Assembly (NCBI GenBank): GCA_965228875.1
Contig: OZ245843.1
Location: 3,888,616-3,952,615 of the forward strand
DNA length: 64,000 nt
Reading direction: 5' to 3'
Source: Thalassobaculaceae bacterium
GTDB lineage: Bacteria > Pseudomonadota > Alphaproteobacteria > Thalassobaculales > Thalassobaculaceae
Positions 37,518-48,232 of this stretch are shown one piece after another. The position numbers were made by a program, and so were the translations under genes. The notes under the pieces are model-generated. The model made no database searches, had not been told where the DNA came from, and was given only the letters and a program-made list of their open reading frames with translations. Positions within the stretch are counted from its first letter, which is position 1, and each line of letters starts with the position of its first letter.

Positions 37518-38474
37518 ATGCGCAGACTCGCTCTCTTGATGATCGTTGCCGTTCTCGCCGGCCCGCTCCGGGTCGCCGCGGCGACCGACAACCCCTTGAA
37601 CGCCGTCGTGGAAATCCGGAGCGCCGTGCCGGGCGACGCGCGCACTGCCGAGAGCCTCGGCACCGCACGAGTCGGCGGTGGCGTCCTGATCGATGCCGGC
37701 GGGCTGATCCTGACCATCGGCTACCTGGTGATGGAGTCCGACGAGATCTGGGTCACCGACGCCGCGGCGAATCGGGTGCCGGCGGAGATGGTGGCCTACG
37801 ACCACGAGACCGGCTTCGGGCTGCTGCGCGCCCTCGGCACCCTCGACGCGGTTCCGGCGCGGCTCGGCCGTACCGACGACCTCTCCGCCGGTGCGACGCT
37901 GCTTGCCGCCGGGCCCGGCTTCGCGCGGTCGACCGTTCTGGTGGGAATCCGGCCGTTCGCCGGCGGCTGGGAGTATCTCTTGGAGGAGGCGCTCTACACC
38001 TCGCCGCCGATCCCGAATTTCGGCGGCGCGGCCCTGTTCGCGGCCGACGGACGGCTGGTCGGGATCGGGTCGCTGATTCTCGGGGACGTCGGCGGCGGGC
38101 TGCCCGGCAATCTCTATGTGCCGATCGACCTGCTGCCGCCGATCCTCGGCGATCTCCTCGCCTTCGGTCGCTCGACGGCACCGGCGCAGCCTTGGCTCGG
38201 CCTTTATCCGAACGAGGTGGACGGCGCGCTCGTTGTCGACCGGGTCGCCAGGGGCGGGCCGGCGCAGACCGCCGGGATCGGTCCGGGCGACGTCATTCTC
38301 GAGATCGACGGCGAGCCGGTCTCGGAAATGGAGCAGCTGTGGCGGAAGGTTCGCGGCCTCGGCGCCGCCGGCGTCGAGGTGCCGGTCAAGGTCCTGTCGG
38401 GAACCGGCGTGCGCGACGTGACCCTGACATCGCGCGACCGGCGCACCTGGCTCAAGCTCGAGCGCAGCTACTGA
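37518..38474 (+). CDS. S1C/HtrA-like trypsin+PDZ protein lacking the catalytic triad
   Basis: Signal peptide; GGGVLID...LTIGYL, YDHETGFGLL and PNFGGAAL; C-terminal PDZ (PWLGL...GPA..AGI..GDVILEIDG). Confidence 0.82.
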   Translation: MRRLALLMIVAVLAGPLRVAAATDNPLNAVVEIRSAVPGDARTAESLGTARVGGGVLIDAGGLILTIGYLVMESDEIWVTDAAANRVPAEMVAYDHETGFGLLRALGTLDAVPARLGRTDDLSAGATLLAAGPGFARSTVLVGIRPFAGGWEYLLEEALYTSPPIPNFGGAALFAADGRLVGIGSLILGDVGGGLPGNLYVPIDLLPPILGDLLAFGRSTAPAQPWLGLYPNEVDGALVVDRVARGGPAQTAGIGPGDVILEIDGEPVSEMEQLWRKVRGLGAAGVEVPVKVLSGTGVRDVTLTSRDRRTWLKLERSY

Positions 38475-38599
38475 GGGCCATTGGAGGTCGAGCAGGACCA
38501 CGCGATCGGATGTCTCCATCCGATCGTGGTTTGCTCCAGAAGCGGTGCACCGCTGCGCGCGGCGTGGCCGGGCGTGTCGTGCCGCCCGGCCGGACCGGA

Positions 38600-39433
38600 T
38601 CAGTCGGCCGCCGGTTCCTGGCGGTGGTGGACGACCTGCTGCGGGAACGGGATCTCGATGCCGGCGGCGTCGAGCGCTTCCTTCGCGGCCTTGGTGAGGT
38701 CGAACTTGCAGCCCCAGTAGTCGCCGGCGTTCACCCAGAAGCGCATGTTCAGCGTGATCGCGCTGTCGCCGAGCTCGGTGACCATGACCTCGCGAACCGG
38801 GTCCGCAAGGGCGCGGCCGTCGGCGTCGATCACCCCGCGCAGCACGTCCATCCCCCGGCCGAGGTCGGTGTCGTAGCCGACCCCGATCGCGATATCGAGC
38901 CGGCGGGTGGCGTGGCGCGAATAGTTGGAGATCGCTCCGCCGATGATCGAGGAGTTGGGAACCACGATGTAGACGTTGTCCGGCGTGGCCAGCTCGGTGT
39001 TGAACAGGCCGATCTCCTTGACCGTGCCGCCGACGCCGCCGGCGGTGATGTAGTCGCCGACCTGGAACGGACGCAGGAACAGCAGCATGACGCCGGCCGC
39101 CACGTTCGACAGCGTGCCCTGCAGGGCGAGGCCGACGGCGAGGCCGGCGGCGCCGAGAACGGCGATGATCGACGTTGTCTCGACGCCGAACTGGTTCAGC
39201 ACCGCGATCAGCGTGACGACCATCACCAGATAGCCGACGATCGAGGCGAACACCGGGCGGACGGTATTGTCCATCCAGGTGACCCGCTGCAGCGCCCGGC
39301 GCGTTCCGGCCTTCGCCCAGCCGGCGACCATCCAGCCGACGATGAGAATGGCGATCGCGCCGACGACTTCCAGGCCGTAGGTGGTAAGAACCTCGATCAC
39401 CTGATCCTTGAAGGCGATAAAGTCTTCGGTCAC
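38600..39433 (-). CDS. mscS: Small-conductance mechanosensitive channel
   Basis: [32 protein letters not shown] and IEIPFPQ motifs. Confidence 0.93.
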   Translation of the reverse strand: MTEDFIAFKDQVIEVLTTYGLEVVGAIAILIVGWMVAGWAKAGTRRALQRVTWMDNTVRPVFASIVGYLVMVVTLIAVLNQFGVETTSIIAVLGAAGLAVGLALQGTLSNVAAGVMLLFLRPFQVGDYITAGGVGGTVKEIGLFNTELATPDNVYIVVPNSSIIGGAISNYSRHATRRLDIAIGVGYDTDLGRGMDVLRGVIDADGRALADPVREVMVTELGDSAITLNMRFWVNAGDYWGCKFDLTKAAKEALDAAGIEIPFPQQVVHHRQEPAAD

Positions 39434-39470
39434 GGCGCTCTCCTCTGTGATGCGGGCCGGTCGGCGCGGC

Positions 39471-40487
39471 TTATACGCCGGCCCTGGCCTTCAAGTCATT
39501 CGCCAATGCGTCCGGAATCGTGATTCCGTCCGGCGCGACGGCGCGGCGCGCCAGGCGGCTGTCGCCGGGCAGGCGGGTGCCCTGCTGTTTCAGGATCTCG
39601 GCGAACATCTCCTCCGAGCGGGCGGCGAAGTCCCCGCCGCCGCCGAAGGCCTTCGGGTCCATGACCAGGATCAGGTGGCCGATCGACGGCGGCGCACCGG
39701 TCGGCTCGAAGAACGACGAGCCCTGGTAGCCGAAGTTGGAGCCGGTCAGGGCGCCGCACAGCAGCTCGATCATCAGGCCGAGGGCCGCTCCCTTGGCGCC
39801 GGCGGTGCGGCCGCCGAGCGGTGCCATCGACCCGACCAGGGCCGCCTCGGCGTCGGTGGTGGCGTTGCCCTCGGCGTCGAGCGCCCAGTCCTCCGGGATC
39901 GGCGTTCCGTTCTTCGCCGCCAGCACCACCTTGCCCCGGGCGACGGTGGAGACGGACAGGTCGATCACCAGCGGCGGCCGGCCGTCGCCGCGCGGCGAGG
40001 CGAAGGCGATCGGATTGGTGCCGTAGAGCGCCGTCTTGCCACCCCAGGGGGCGATTGCCGCCGGCGTGTTGGAGAAGGCGATCGCCACCAGCCCACGCTC
40101 GGCGGCGTCCTCGACGTGGTGGCCGGCGACGCCGAAATGGTGGCTATGCCGGATCGACACGGCGACGATGCCGGTCTCGGGGACGATCTGCGAGGCCGCG
40201 TCCAGCCCGGCGCGGATGGCGGGGAAGGCGAAGCCGATGCGGCTGTCGACGTCGAGCACGGCCGCGGCGGTCCGGTTCACCGACGGGCGGGCGTGGCCAT
40301 CGACCTTGCCGCACTTCGCCTGCTCGGCATAGGGCGGGACCCGGGCGACCCCGTGGCTGGAGATCCCGTCGGCCTCCGCCCGGACCAGGGCGTCGGCGAC
40401 CACGCCGGCGATGTCGGGCGCGACCTCGGATCCGGTGAAGACGTCGGCGATGAGCGCGCGCAGGTCGTCGGGTGCGAAAGTGGCCAC
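39471..40487 (-). CDS. Ldh_2 (malate/L-lactate/sulfolactate dehydrogenase) family oxidoreductase
   Basis: GISSHG, SHHFG, GTNPIAF, DLSVS.VARGK, AKGAAL and RLPG motifs. Confidence 0.9.
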   Translation of the reverse strand: MATFAPDDLRALIADVFTGSEVAPDIAGVVADALVRAEADGISSHGVARVPPYAEQAKCGKVDGHARPSVNRTAAAVLDVDSRIGFAFPAIRAGLDAASQIVPETGIVAVSIRHSHHFGVAGHHVEDAAERGLVAIAFSNTPAAIAPWGGKTALYGTNPIAFASPRGDGRPPLVIDLSVSTVARGKVVLAAKNGTPIPEDWALDAEGNATTDAEAALVGSMAPLGGRTAGAKGAALGLMIELLCGALTGSNFGYQGSSFFEPTGAPPSIGHLILVMDPKAFGGGGDFAARSEEMFAEILKQQGTRLPGDSRLARRAVAPDGITIPDALANDLKARAGV

Positions 40488-40729
40488 GGGTATCCCCTTG
40501 TATCGTTAAGGCTTCGGCTCCAGTTGAACCAGCAAGCGTGGCCGCAGCGCAAGCGTGTTCGCGGTTGCGATGAAGCGAGCCGGTGGAGCCGCCCGGTGGG
40601 GTGAACCGGCGGGTGCGCACGCTGTCGCGCGGAAAGAGCAAGGATTTGGCGGCCGCGTTGGGTTAACGTGCCGCCCCGGATAACCGGCGGGCGAGCGGCC
40701 CGCCGATGTACAGGAGGGAGATAGCGACC

Positions 40730-41389
40730 ATGACTCTCAAGATCGGCCAGACCGCACCCGATTTCACCGCCATGACCACCGAGGGCGAGATCGGGTTTCA
40801 CGACTGGATCGGCGACAGCTGGTGCGTCCTGTTCTCGCACCCGAAGGACTTCACGCCGGTCTGCACCACCGAGCTCGGTTACATGGCCCGGATCAAGCCG
40901 GAGTTCGACAAGCGCGGGGTGAAGATCATCGGCCTCAGCGTCGACAACGTCGACAACCACGGCAAGTGGGCGCTCGACATCGAGGAGACCCAGGGCGCGA
41001 AGCCGAACTACCCGATGATCGGCGACACCGATCTCAACGTCTCCAAGCTGTACGGCATGCTGCCGGCCGGCGCCGGCGAGACCTCCGAAGGCCGCACGGC
41101 CGTCGACAACATGACCGTGCGCAACGTCTTCGTCATCGGCCCGGACAAGCAGATCAAGCTGATCCTGGTCTACCCGATGAGCACCGGCCGCAACTTCGAT
41201 GAGGTGCTTCGGGTCATCGACTCCATGCAGCTCACCGCCAAGCATCAGGTCGCCACGCCGGTGAACTGGAAGCACGGCGAGGAGGTCATCATCGTCCCGG
41301 CGCTGAACGACGAGAAGGCCAAGGAGAAGTTCCCCGGCGGCTGGCGCGCCGAGAAGCCGTACCTGCGCTACGTGCCGCAGCCGAACTGA
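40730..41389 (+). CDS. 1-Cys peroxiredoxin (Prx6 type)
   Basis: LFSHPKDFTPVCTTELG, YPMSTGRNFDEVLR and ATPVNW motifs. Confidence 0.95.
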   Translation: MTLKIGQTAPDFTAMTTEGEIGFHDWIGDSWCVLFSHPKDFTPVCTTELGYMARIKPEFDKRGVKIIGLSVDNVDNHGKWALDIEETQGAKPNYPMIGDTDLNVSKLYGMLPAGAGETSEGRTAVDNMTVRNVFVIGPDKQIKLILVYPMSTGRNFDEVLRVIDSMQLTAKHQVATPVNWKHGEEVIIVPALNDEKAKEKFPGGWRAEKPYLRYVPQPN

Positions 41390-41414
41390 CAGGTCGCCTC
41401 GCGACCGGCGGTTC

Positions 41415-41448
41415 GCCCCGGCCCTGAGCCGGGGCCCTGAACCGGGGC
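41415..41448. repeat. REP-like palindrome with a partial tandem copy
   Basis: GCCCCGGC-CCTGA-GCCGGGGC then CCTGAACCGGGGC; a related copy GCCCCAGCCCTGAGCC lies at 41508-41523. Confidence 0.5.
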
Positions 41449-41462
41449 TCACCCGACGCACG

Positions 41463-41500
41463 AAGGGCCGGTGTCTCGCGACAACCGGCCCTTTACTTAT
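41463..41500 (+). terminator. Intrinsic terminator after the peroxiredoxin gene
   Basis: AAGGGCCGGT...ACCGGCCCTT hairpin followed by TACTTAT, between convergent genes. Confidence 0.65.
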
Positions 41501-41608
41501 CTCTCACGCCCCAGCCCTGAGCCTGCGCCTACAGGGGGATGCCGCCCGGGTGGCCGTGGGCAGAAACCGGTACAAGACCGGGGAGCGTGTGCGCGAAGCG
41601 CCGAACGC

Positions 41609-42493
41609 TCAGATCGTGCCCATTGCCTTCAGTGCCGCCTCGATATCCTTCTTCTGCGTGTCGCTGGCGGGCGACATCGGCTGGCGCGGCAGGCCCGACG
41701 GCACGCCCTGCAGGGCCTGGGCGTACTTGGTCGCCGCCGGCAGGTTGTCGTGGGGCATCAGCGCGTTCCAGGTGCGCAGCAGCTTCAGGTGCAGGTCGTG
41801 GGCGCCGGCGTGATCGCCCGCCTTCACCAGATCCCACAGCCTGACCGAGGCCCCCGGCGCGGCCGCCAGGATCGCCGCGATCGAGCCGTGGGCGCCGAGC
41901 GCGTAGGACGGGTACATCAGGGCGTCGACGGCGCTGAAGATCGACTTGCCCGGCTTCACGTCCATCATCAGATCGGCGAACAGCTTCAGGTCGCCGGCCG
42001 ACTGCTTGACGCCGATCACCTCCGGCACCTCGTCGAAGACGCGCAGCAGCAGCGCCGGCGAGAGGTAGGTCCAGGGCACCACGTTGTAGATGATGATCTT
42101 CTGCCCGGTCTCACCGGCCATGGTGCGGAAATGCTCGACCATGTCGTCGTCGCTGGGACGGAACAGGTAGTGCACCGGCGTGACCTGCAGCGCCGCCGGC
42201 GCCAGGTCGGCGACCATCCGGCCGCGGCGCACCGCCTCGCGGGTGCTGTCGCAGATGATGCCGGCGACGATCGGCACCCGGCCGGCGGCGGCCTCGGTGG
42301 CGGCGGCGACCAGATCGCGGGTCTCCTCAGCGTCGAGGGTGTGCCCCTCGCCGGTCGATCCGCCGACGGCGACGCCATGCGCGCCCTCGCGGATCAGCCA
42401 GTCGACCTGCTTGCCCGCGGCGGCGAAGTCGATGGCGCCGGCGGCGTCGAACGGGGTTGTGGACGGCGGGATGACGCCGGCGAGTTCGGTCAT
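41609..42493 (-). CDS. Dihydrodipicolinate synthase/class I aldolase family protein
   Basis: TPF, GGSTGEG, IIIYNV and GVKQS (Schiff-base Lys); AGGAGG RBS before ATG 42493. Confidence 0.9.
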   Translation of the reverse strand: MTELAGVIPPSTTPFDAAGAIDFAAAGKQVDWLIREGAHGVAVGGSTGEGHTLDAEETRDLVAAATEAAAGRVPIVAGIICDSTREAVRRGRMVADLAPAALQVTPVHYLFRPSDDDMVEHFRTMAGETGQKIIIYNVVPWTYLSPALLLRVFDEVPEVIGVKQSAGDLKLFADLMMDVKPGKSIFSAVDALMYPSYALGAHGSIAAILAAAPGASVRLWDLVKAGDHAGAHDLHLKLLRTWNALMPHDNLPAATKYAQALQGVPSGLPRQPMSPASDTQKKDIEAALKAMGTI

Positions 42494-42518
42494 GACGGTT
42501 CCTCCTGGTGAGCCGGTT

Positions 42519-42578
42519 TGTTCTTCGTCGTGTTCTTCGTTGTGTTCTTCGTCGTGTTCTTCGTTGTGTTCTTCATCG
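42519..42578. repeat. 12-bp tandem repeat x5 (TGTTCTTCRTYG)
   Basis: TGTTCTTCGTCG/TGTTCTTCGTTG/TGTTCTTCGTCG/TGTTCTTCGTTG/TGTTCTTCATCG read directly. Confidence 0.92.
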
Positions 42579-42654
42579 CGGAACAGGTGTCCGGCGGTTC
42601 GGTTGTTGGCGCCTGCAGTTTGCCGGATCTTGTGCGGTTCGGAATAATGGCGTT

Positions 42655-42683
42655 CCATCTATTCCGAATTTCGGAATGGATGG
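42655..42683. promoter_or_regulatory. Palindromic operator, probable IclR site
   Basis: CCATCT-ATTCCGAA-T-TTCGGAAT-GGATGG, a near-perfect 29-bp palindrome between the divergent aldolase and iclR genes. Confidence 0.65.
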
Positions 42684-42686
42684 CCG

Positions 42687-43436
42687 ATGAAATCCCTGCG
42701 CAAGACCTCCGCCGTCCTGGACTGCTTCACCCGCGAGTCCCGGCGTCTGACCCTGGCCGAGATCGCCGAGCGGACGGGCCTGCCCAAGACCACCGTCCAC
42801 CGTCAGCTCGCCGCCCTGCGCGAGATCGGCTTCCTGGTCCAGGACGGTCGACGGGACGCCTACCGTCTCGGCTTCCGCCTGCTGGCTCTCGGCGGCGTGG
42901 TCCTTGCCGATGTCGATCTCATGCGCCACGCCAGCGGTCCGGCGGAGACGCTCGCCAACCAGAGCGGCGAAGCGGTGCATATCTGCGTGTTCGATGGCGT
43001 CAACGTGGTCTCCATCGAACGCCGCGAGATGGAGGGCGCCAGCAACGAGATCGTCCGCATCGAGCGCGAGCCGCCGCACTGTACGGGGACCGGCAAGGCG
43101 ATCCTGTCGGCGCTGTCGGCCGAGCATTGCGCGCAGCTTATCGACGGTCTCGTCGTCGCCGGTGCGCTGCCCCGCTTCGCGCCGAACACGATCACCGAAC
43201 CGGCCCGGCTGGAACGGGCGCTGGCGCTCGCCCGGGCGCGCGGCTACGCGGTCGACGACGAGGAGCGCAACCCGGAGGTGCGATGCGTCGGTGCGCCGAT
43301 CCGCCGCCATGGTACGGTGGTCGGGGCGATCAGCGTGACCGGTCCGGCTCGGCGCTTCCCCGATGCCCGCCTGCCGGTGCTGGCCGAGATGGTGATGGCG
43401 ACGGCGGCGCGGATCGGGCTCGGCATGGAGCGGTGA
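42687..43436 (+). CDS. IclR family transcriptional regulator
   Basis: HTH LTLAEIAERTGLPKTTVHR, YRLG, HCTGTGKAIL, GYAVDDEE and CVGAPI motifs. Confidence 0.95.
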   Translation: MKSLRKTSAVLDCFTRESRRLTLAEIAERTGLPKTTVHRQLAALREIGFLVQDGRRDAYRLGFRLLALGGVVLADVDLMRHASGPAETLANQSGEAVHICVFDGVNVVSIERREMEGASNEIVRIEREPPHCTGTGKAILSALSAEHCAQLIDGLVVAGALPRFAPNTITEPARLERALALARARGYAVDDEERNPEVRCVGAPIRRHGTVVGAISVTGPARRFPDARLPVLAEMVMATAARIGLGMER

Positions 43437-43461
43437 GTGCGGCGGGCCGGCGTCGAGGAGC

Positions 43462-43497
43462 CCGCCCGCCGGACCGCCCGCCGGACCACCTGCCGAA
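43462..43497. repeat. 12-bp tandem repeat x3
   Basis: CCGCCCGCCGGA/CCGCCCGCCGGA/CCACCTGCCGAA. Confidence 0.7.
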
Positions 43498-43514
43498 CCC
43501 GCGAGGAGGGCGCG

Positions 43515-44048
43515 ATGGACCTGTCCGAGAAACAGCGCGGCGTGCTGACCGGGATGGCCGGTGCGGCGATCCTGTCGGTCGTTCTCATGGGCGCCGCGGT
43601 GTCGTTCGCGCCCGCCGTACTCGTCCCCGTCGATACCGTCGAGAGCCGGCTGTCCCTGGTGCTGCGCTGGGACCTTCTGGTAGTGGTCTGGCTTCTGGCG
43701 GCGATCGGCAACCTGGCGCGCCACCGCTTCTTCACGCCGCAGGACATTGACGGCAGCGGCCTGACCGCCGGTTCGGAGGCGGCGCGCATCCACCAGGCGG
43801 TGCTGCAGAACACCCTCGAGCAGGTGGTGCTGGCGCTGACGGTCCACACCATTGCGGCGTTTCTGCTGCCGGTTTCCTGGGTCGCGGCGGTGCCGGCGGC
43901 GGCGATCCTGTTCGCCTGCGGCCGTCTGCTGTTCTGGCGCGGGTATCGCGGCGGGGCGGCGGCGCGGGCGGCCGGGTTCGCGCTCACCTTCTATCCGACC
44001 GTCCTGCTGTTCCTTGCCGTCGTCTCGGCGCCGCTCTGGGCCGGCTGA
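43515..44048 (+). CDS. MAPEG family membrane protein
   Basis: Four TM helices; QNTLEQ and GRLLFWRGY motifs; GGAGG RBS. Confidence 0.82.
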   Translation: MDLSEKQRGVLTGMAGAAILSVVLMGAAVSFAPAVLVPVDTVESRLSLVLRWDLLVVVWLLAAIGNLARHRFFTPQDIDGSGLTAGSEAARIHQAVLQNTLEQVVLALTVHTIAAFLLPVSWVAAVPAAAILFACGRLLFWRGYRGGAAARAAGFALTFYPTVLLFLAVVSAPLWAG

Positions 44049-44068
44049 ATTCGTTTGAAAGGCACCCC

Positions 44069-45899
<1,831 letters not shown>

Positions 45900-46009
45900 T
45901 CGCGGCACCCGGTCGAGCCGGTTGAACGGACTGGTTGAACAATCGCCCTGTTGCCAAAGACTTCGCGGCGGTGTCCGATAGCGGACCCACCCAACCGGAG
46001 CCTCTAGAG

Positions 46010-47419
46010 ATGTCCCTCGCCGACCTTATCCCGAAGTCCGCCACGGAGATCGTCGCCCTGCTTCGGAAAGGCGAGGTGACCACCGGCGATCTGCTCGACG
46101 CCCTCGAGGAGCGCGTCCGTCAGGTCGACGGCACGATCAACGCGCTGCCGACGCTATGTTTCGAGCGGGCGCGCGAGCGGGCATCGTCGGTGCCGGCCGA
46201 CAGCGTCCTGGCGGGCCTGCCGGTCGCCATCAAGGACCTGGTGGCGGTCGAGGGGGTGCTGACCACCTACGGCTCGCCGATCTTCGCCAAGAACGTGCCG
46301 GACAGTTCCGACGTTTCCGTCTGCATGCTCGAGGCTGCGGGCGGCGTGGTCTACGCCAAGGCCAACACGCCGGAGTTCGGCGCCGGCGCCAACACCTTCA
46401 ACGAGGTGTTCGGGCGCACCGTCAATCCGTGGAACACTTCGCGCAGCGTCGCCGGTTCCTCCGGCGGGTCGGCCGCGGCGCTTGCCTCGGGCACCGCCTG
46501 GCTCGCCTCCGGCTCCGACCTCGGCGGCAGCCTCCGCAATCCGGCCAGCTTCTGCGGCATCGTCGGCCTGCGCCCGAGCCCGGGCCGGGTCGCTCACGGC
46601 CCGGCAGACCTGCCCTTCACCAGCATGTCGGTCGAGGGGCCGATGGCGCGCAGCGTGCCGGACGTGGCGCTGATGCTCGACGCCATGTCCGGTCGCCATC
46701 CGGTCGACCCCATGTCGCTGGAGCGGCCGAACGAGTCCTTCACCGACGCGGTCCGGGCGCGGCGCCGGCCGAACCGAGTGGCATTCAGCGTCGATCTCGG
46801 CGGCATCACCCCGGTCGACAGGGAGGTCGCGGCCATCGTCGAGAAGGCGGCCCGGGTGTTCGAGGACCTGGGCTGCACCGTGGTCGAGGCGAGCCCGGAC
46901 TTCGGCGACGTGCAGCTGATCTTCCAGACCCTGCGGGCGATGCAGTTCGCCGCCTCGAAGAAGGCGCTTCTGGACAGCCACCGCGAACTGCTGAAGCCCG
47001 AGGTCGTGTGGAACATCGAGAAGGGTCTGGCCCTGACGATGGACGAGATCGCCGCCGCCGAACTGGCCCGCGGCCGGCTCTATCACCGGGTGGAGCAGTT
47101 CTTCCACACCTACGACCTGGTGCTGTCGCCGGCCACCATCGTCCCGCCCTATCCGGTCGAGAACCGCTATGTGGAGACATGCAACGGCCACACCTTCTCG
47201 AACTACATCGAGTGGTGCACCGTGGCCTACGCCTTCACCTGTGCGAGCTGCCCGGCCGTGTCGGTCCCGGCCGGCTTCACCGCCGACGGCCTGCCGGTCG
47301 GCCTGCAGATCGCCGGCAAGCCGCGGGGCGAGGCCGACCTGTTGAGCGCCGCCGCGCTGTACGAGGAGGCGGCCGCCATCGACAGCGGCATCCCCATCGA
47401 TCCGCGCGCCGGGACCTGA
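46010..47419 (+). CDS. Amidase-signature family amidase
   Basis: GLPVAIKD, KANTPEFG, AGSSGGS, GSDLGGSLRNPA and GLPVGLQI motifs. Confidence 0.93.
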   Translation: MSLADLIPKSATEIVALLRKGEVTTGDLLDALEERVRQVDGTINALPTLCFERARERASSVPADSVLAGLPVAIKDLVAVEGVLTTYGSPIFAKNVPDSSDVSVCMLEAAGGVVYAKANTPEFGAGANTFNEVFGRTVNPWNTSRSVAGSSGGSAAALASGTAWLASGSDLGGSLRNPASFCGIVGLRPSPGRVAHGPADLPFTSMSVEGPMARSVPDVALMLDAMSGRHPVDPMSLERPNESFTDAVRARRRPNRVAFSVDLGGITPVDREVAAIVEKAARVFEDLGCTVVEASPDFGDVQLIFQTLRAMQFAASKKALLDSHRELLKPEVVWNIEKGLALTMDEIAAAELARGRLYHRVEQFFHTYDLVLSPATIVPPYPVENRYVETCNGHTFSNYIEWCTVAYAFTCASCPAVSVPAGFTADGLPVGLQIAGKPRGEADLLSAAALYEEAAAIDSGIPIDPRAGT

Positions 47420-47426
47420 AGCCGGG

Positions 47427-47470
47427 TACCAGTTTTCCCGCTACCAGTTTCTGCCCTACCAGCTTTCGCC
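47427..47470. repeat. 15-bp-period repeat x3 overlapping the 3' end of the 2OG-Fe(II) oxygenase gene
   Basis: TACCAGTTTTCCCGC/TACCAGTTTCTGCCC/TACCAGCTTTCGCC. Confidence 0.65.
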
Positions 47471-48190
47471 GGGTCGCTGCCGGAAGATGGTGTTGTGGCG
47501 GACCGGCCGGGGGTCGAAGTCCGGATGGATCGTGTAGTAGTACAGCGCGATCGATTTCCGGGTGATGCCGTCCGGGCAGGCGAGCGGGTCGGGATGGCCG
47601 TGGTAGGATGTGGACGTGGTCTCGAACACCACGCAGGTTCCGCCAGACGGGCTGACCCGCCGCACGCAGCGCCGCATCTCCCGGTCCCACAGCTCCAGAT
47701 GTCCGCCCCAGGCTTCGTCCCAGTCCTCGTTGAGGTAGAACAGGACGTTGAGCCGCCGCAGCAGGCCCGTGTACTCGTGGATGTTGAAGTCGGCGTGGAC
47801 CTTGAGCAGGCCGCCGGGCAGGGTCTGATGGATCCCGCCGCCGTACAGCCACGGATCGTTCATCAGCCCGTCGATCCCCGTCAGCGTCCGCAGGAACACC
47901 AGGAACTGGGTCGAGTTGAACTGCCGCATCGCCTCGCGGATCGCCGGCGGCATTTTCAACTCGCTGCAGTATTCCGGCGTGGTGTCCTGCTTGCTGCGCG
48001 AGTCCGCCGAGGTCTTGGTGTGCCAGTACGGATCGCCGGCATCCGGGAACGCCGATGCCAGCGCCGAGACCCGTTCCACCGGCAGGAAGTCCGGAAGGAC
48101 GACGTGGGGGAACGGGTCGGCATCTGCGAAGGCGGCTGCGTTCTTCTGAGCGACGGAGATCAGGCGGTCCGTGTCAAACCAGTATTCCAC
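47456..48190 (-). CDS. 2OG-Fe(II) oxygenase (prolyl-hydroxylase-like)
   Basis: PFPH, GGGIH, VHADFN, RRLN..YLN..W...WGG.LELW, SYHG and RKSIA motifs. Confidence 0.9.
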   Translation of the reverse strand: MEYWFDTDRLISVAQKNAAAFADADPFPHVVLPDFLPVERVSALASAFPDAGDPYWHTKTSADSRSKQDTTPEYCSELKMPPAIREAMRQFNSTQFLVFLRTLTGIDGLMNDPWLYGGGIHQTLPGGLLKVHADFNIHEYTGLLRRLNVLFYLNEDWDEAWGGHLELWDREMRRCVRRVSPSGGTCVVFETTSTSYHGHPDPLACPDGITRKSIALYYYTIHPDFDPRPVRHNTIFRQRPGESW

Positions 48191-48232
48191 TCTCTACCCT
48201 GTCTGGAATGCGCGGCCCCCGCCCCCGCGGTG

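Noticed and set aside
42519..42578. Possible CRISPR array
   Set aside because: Units are 12 bp, contiguous and without unique spacers; no cas genes in the window.
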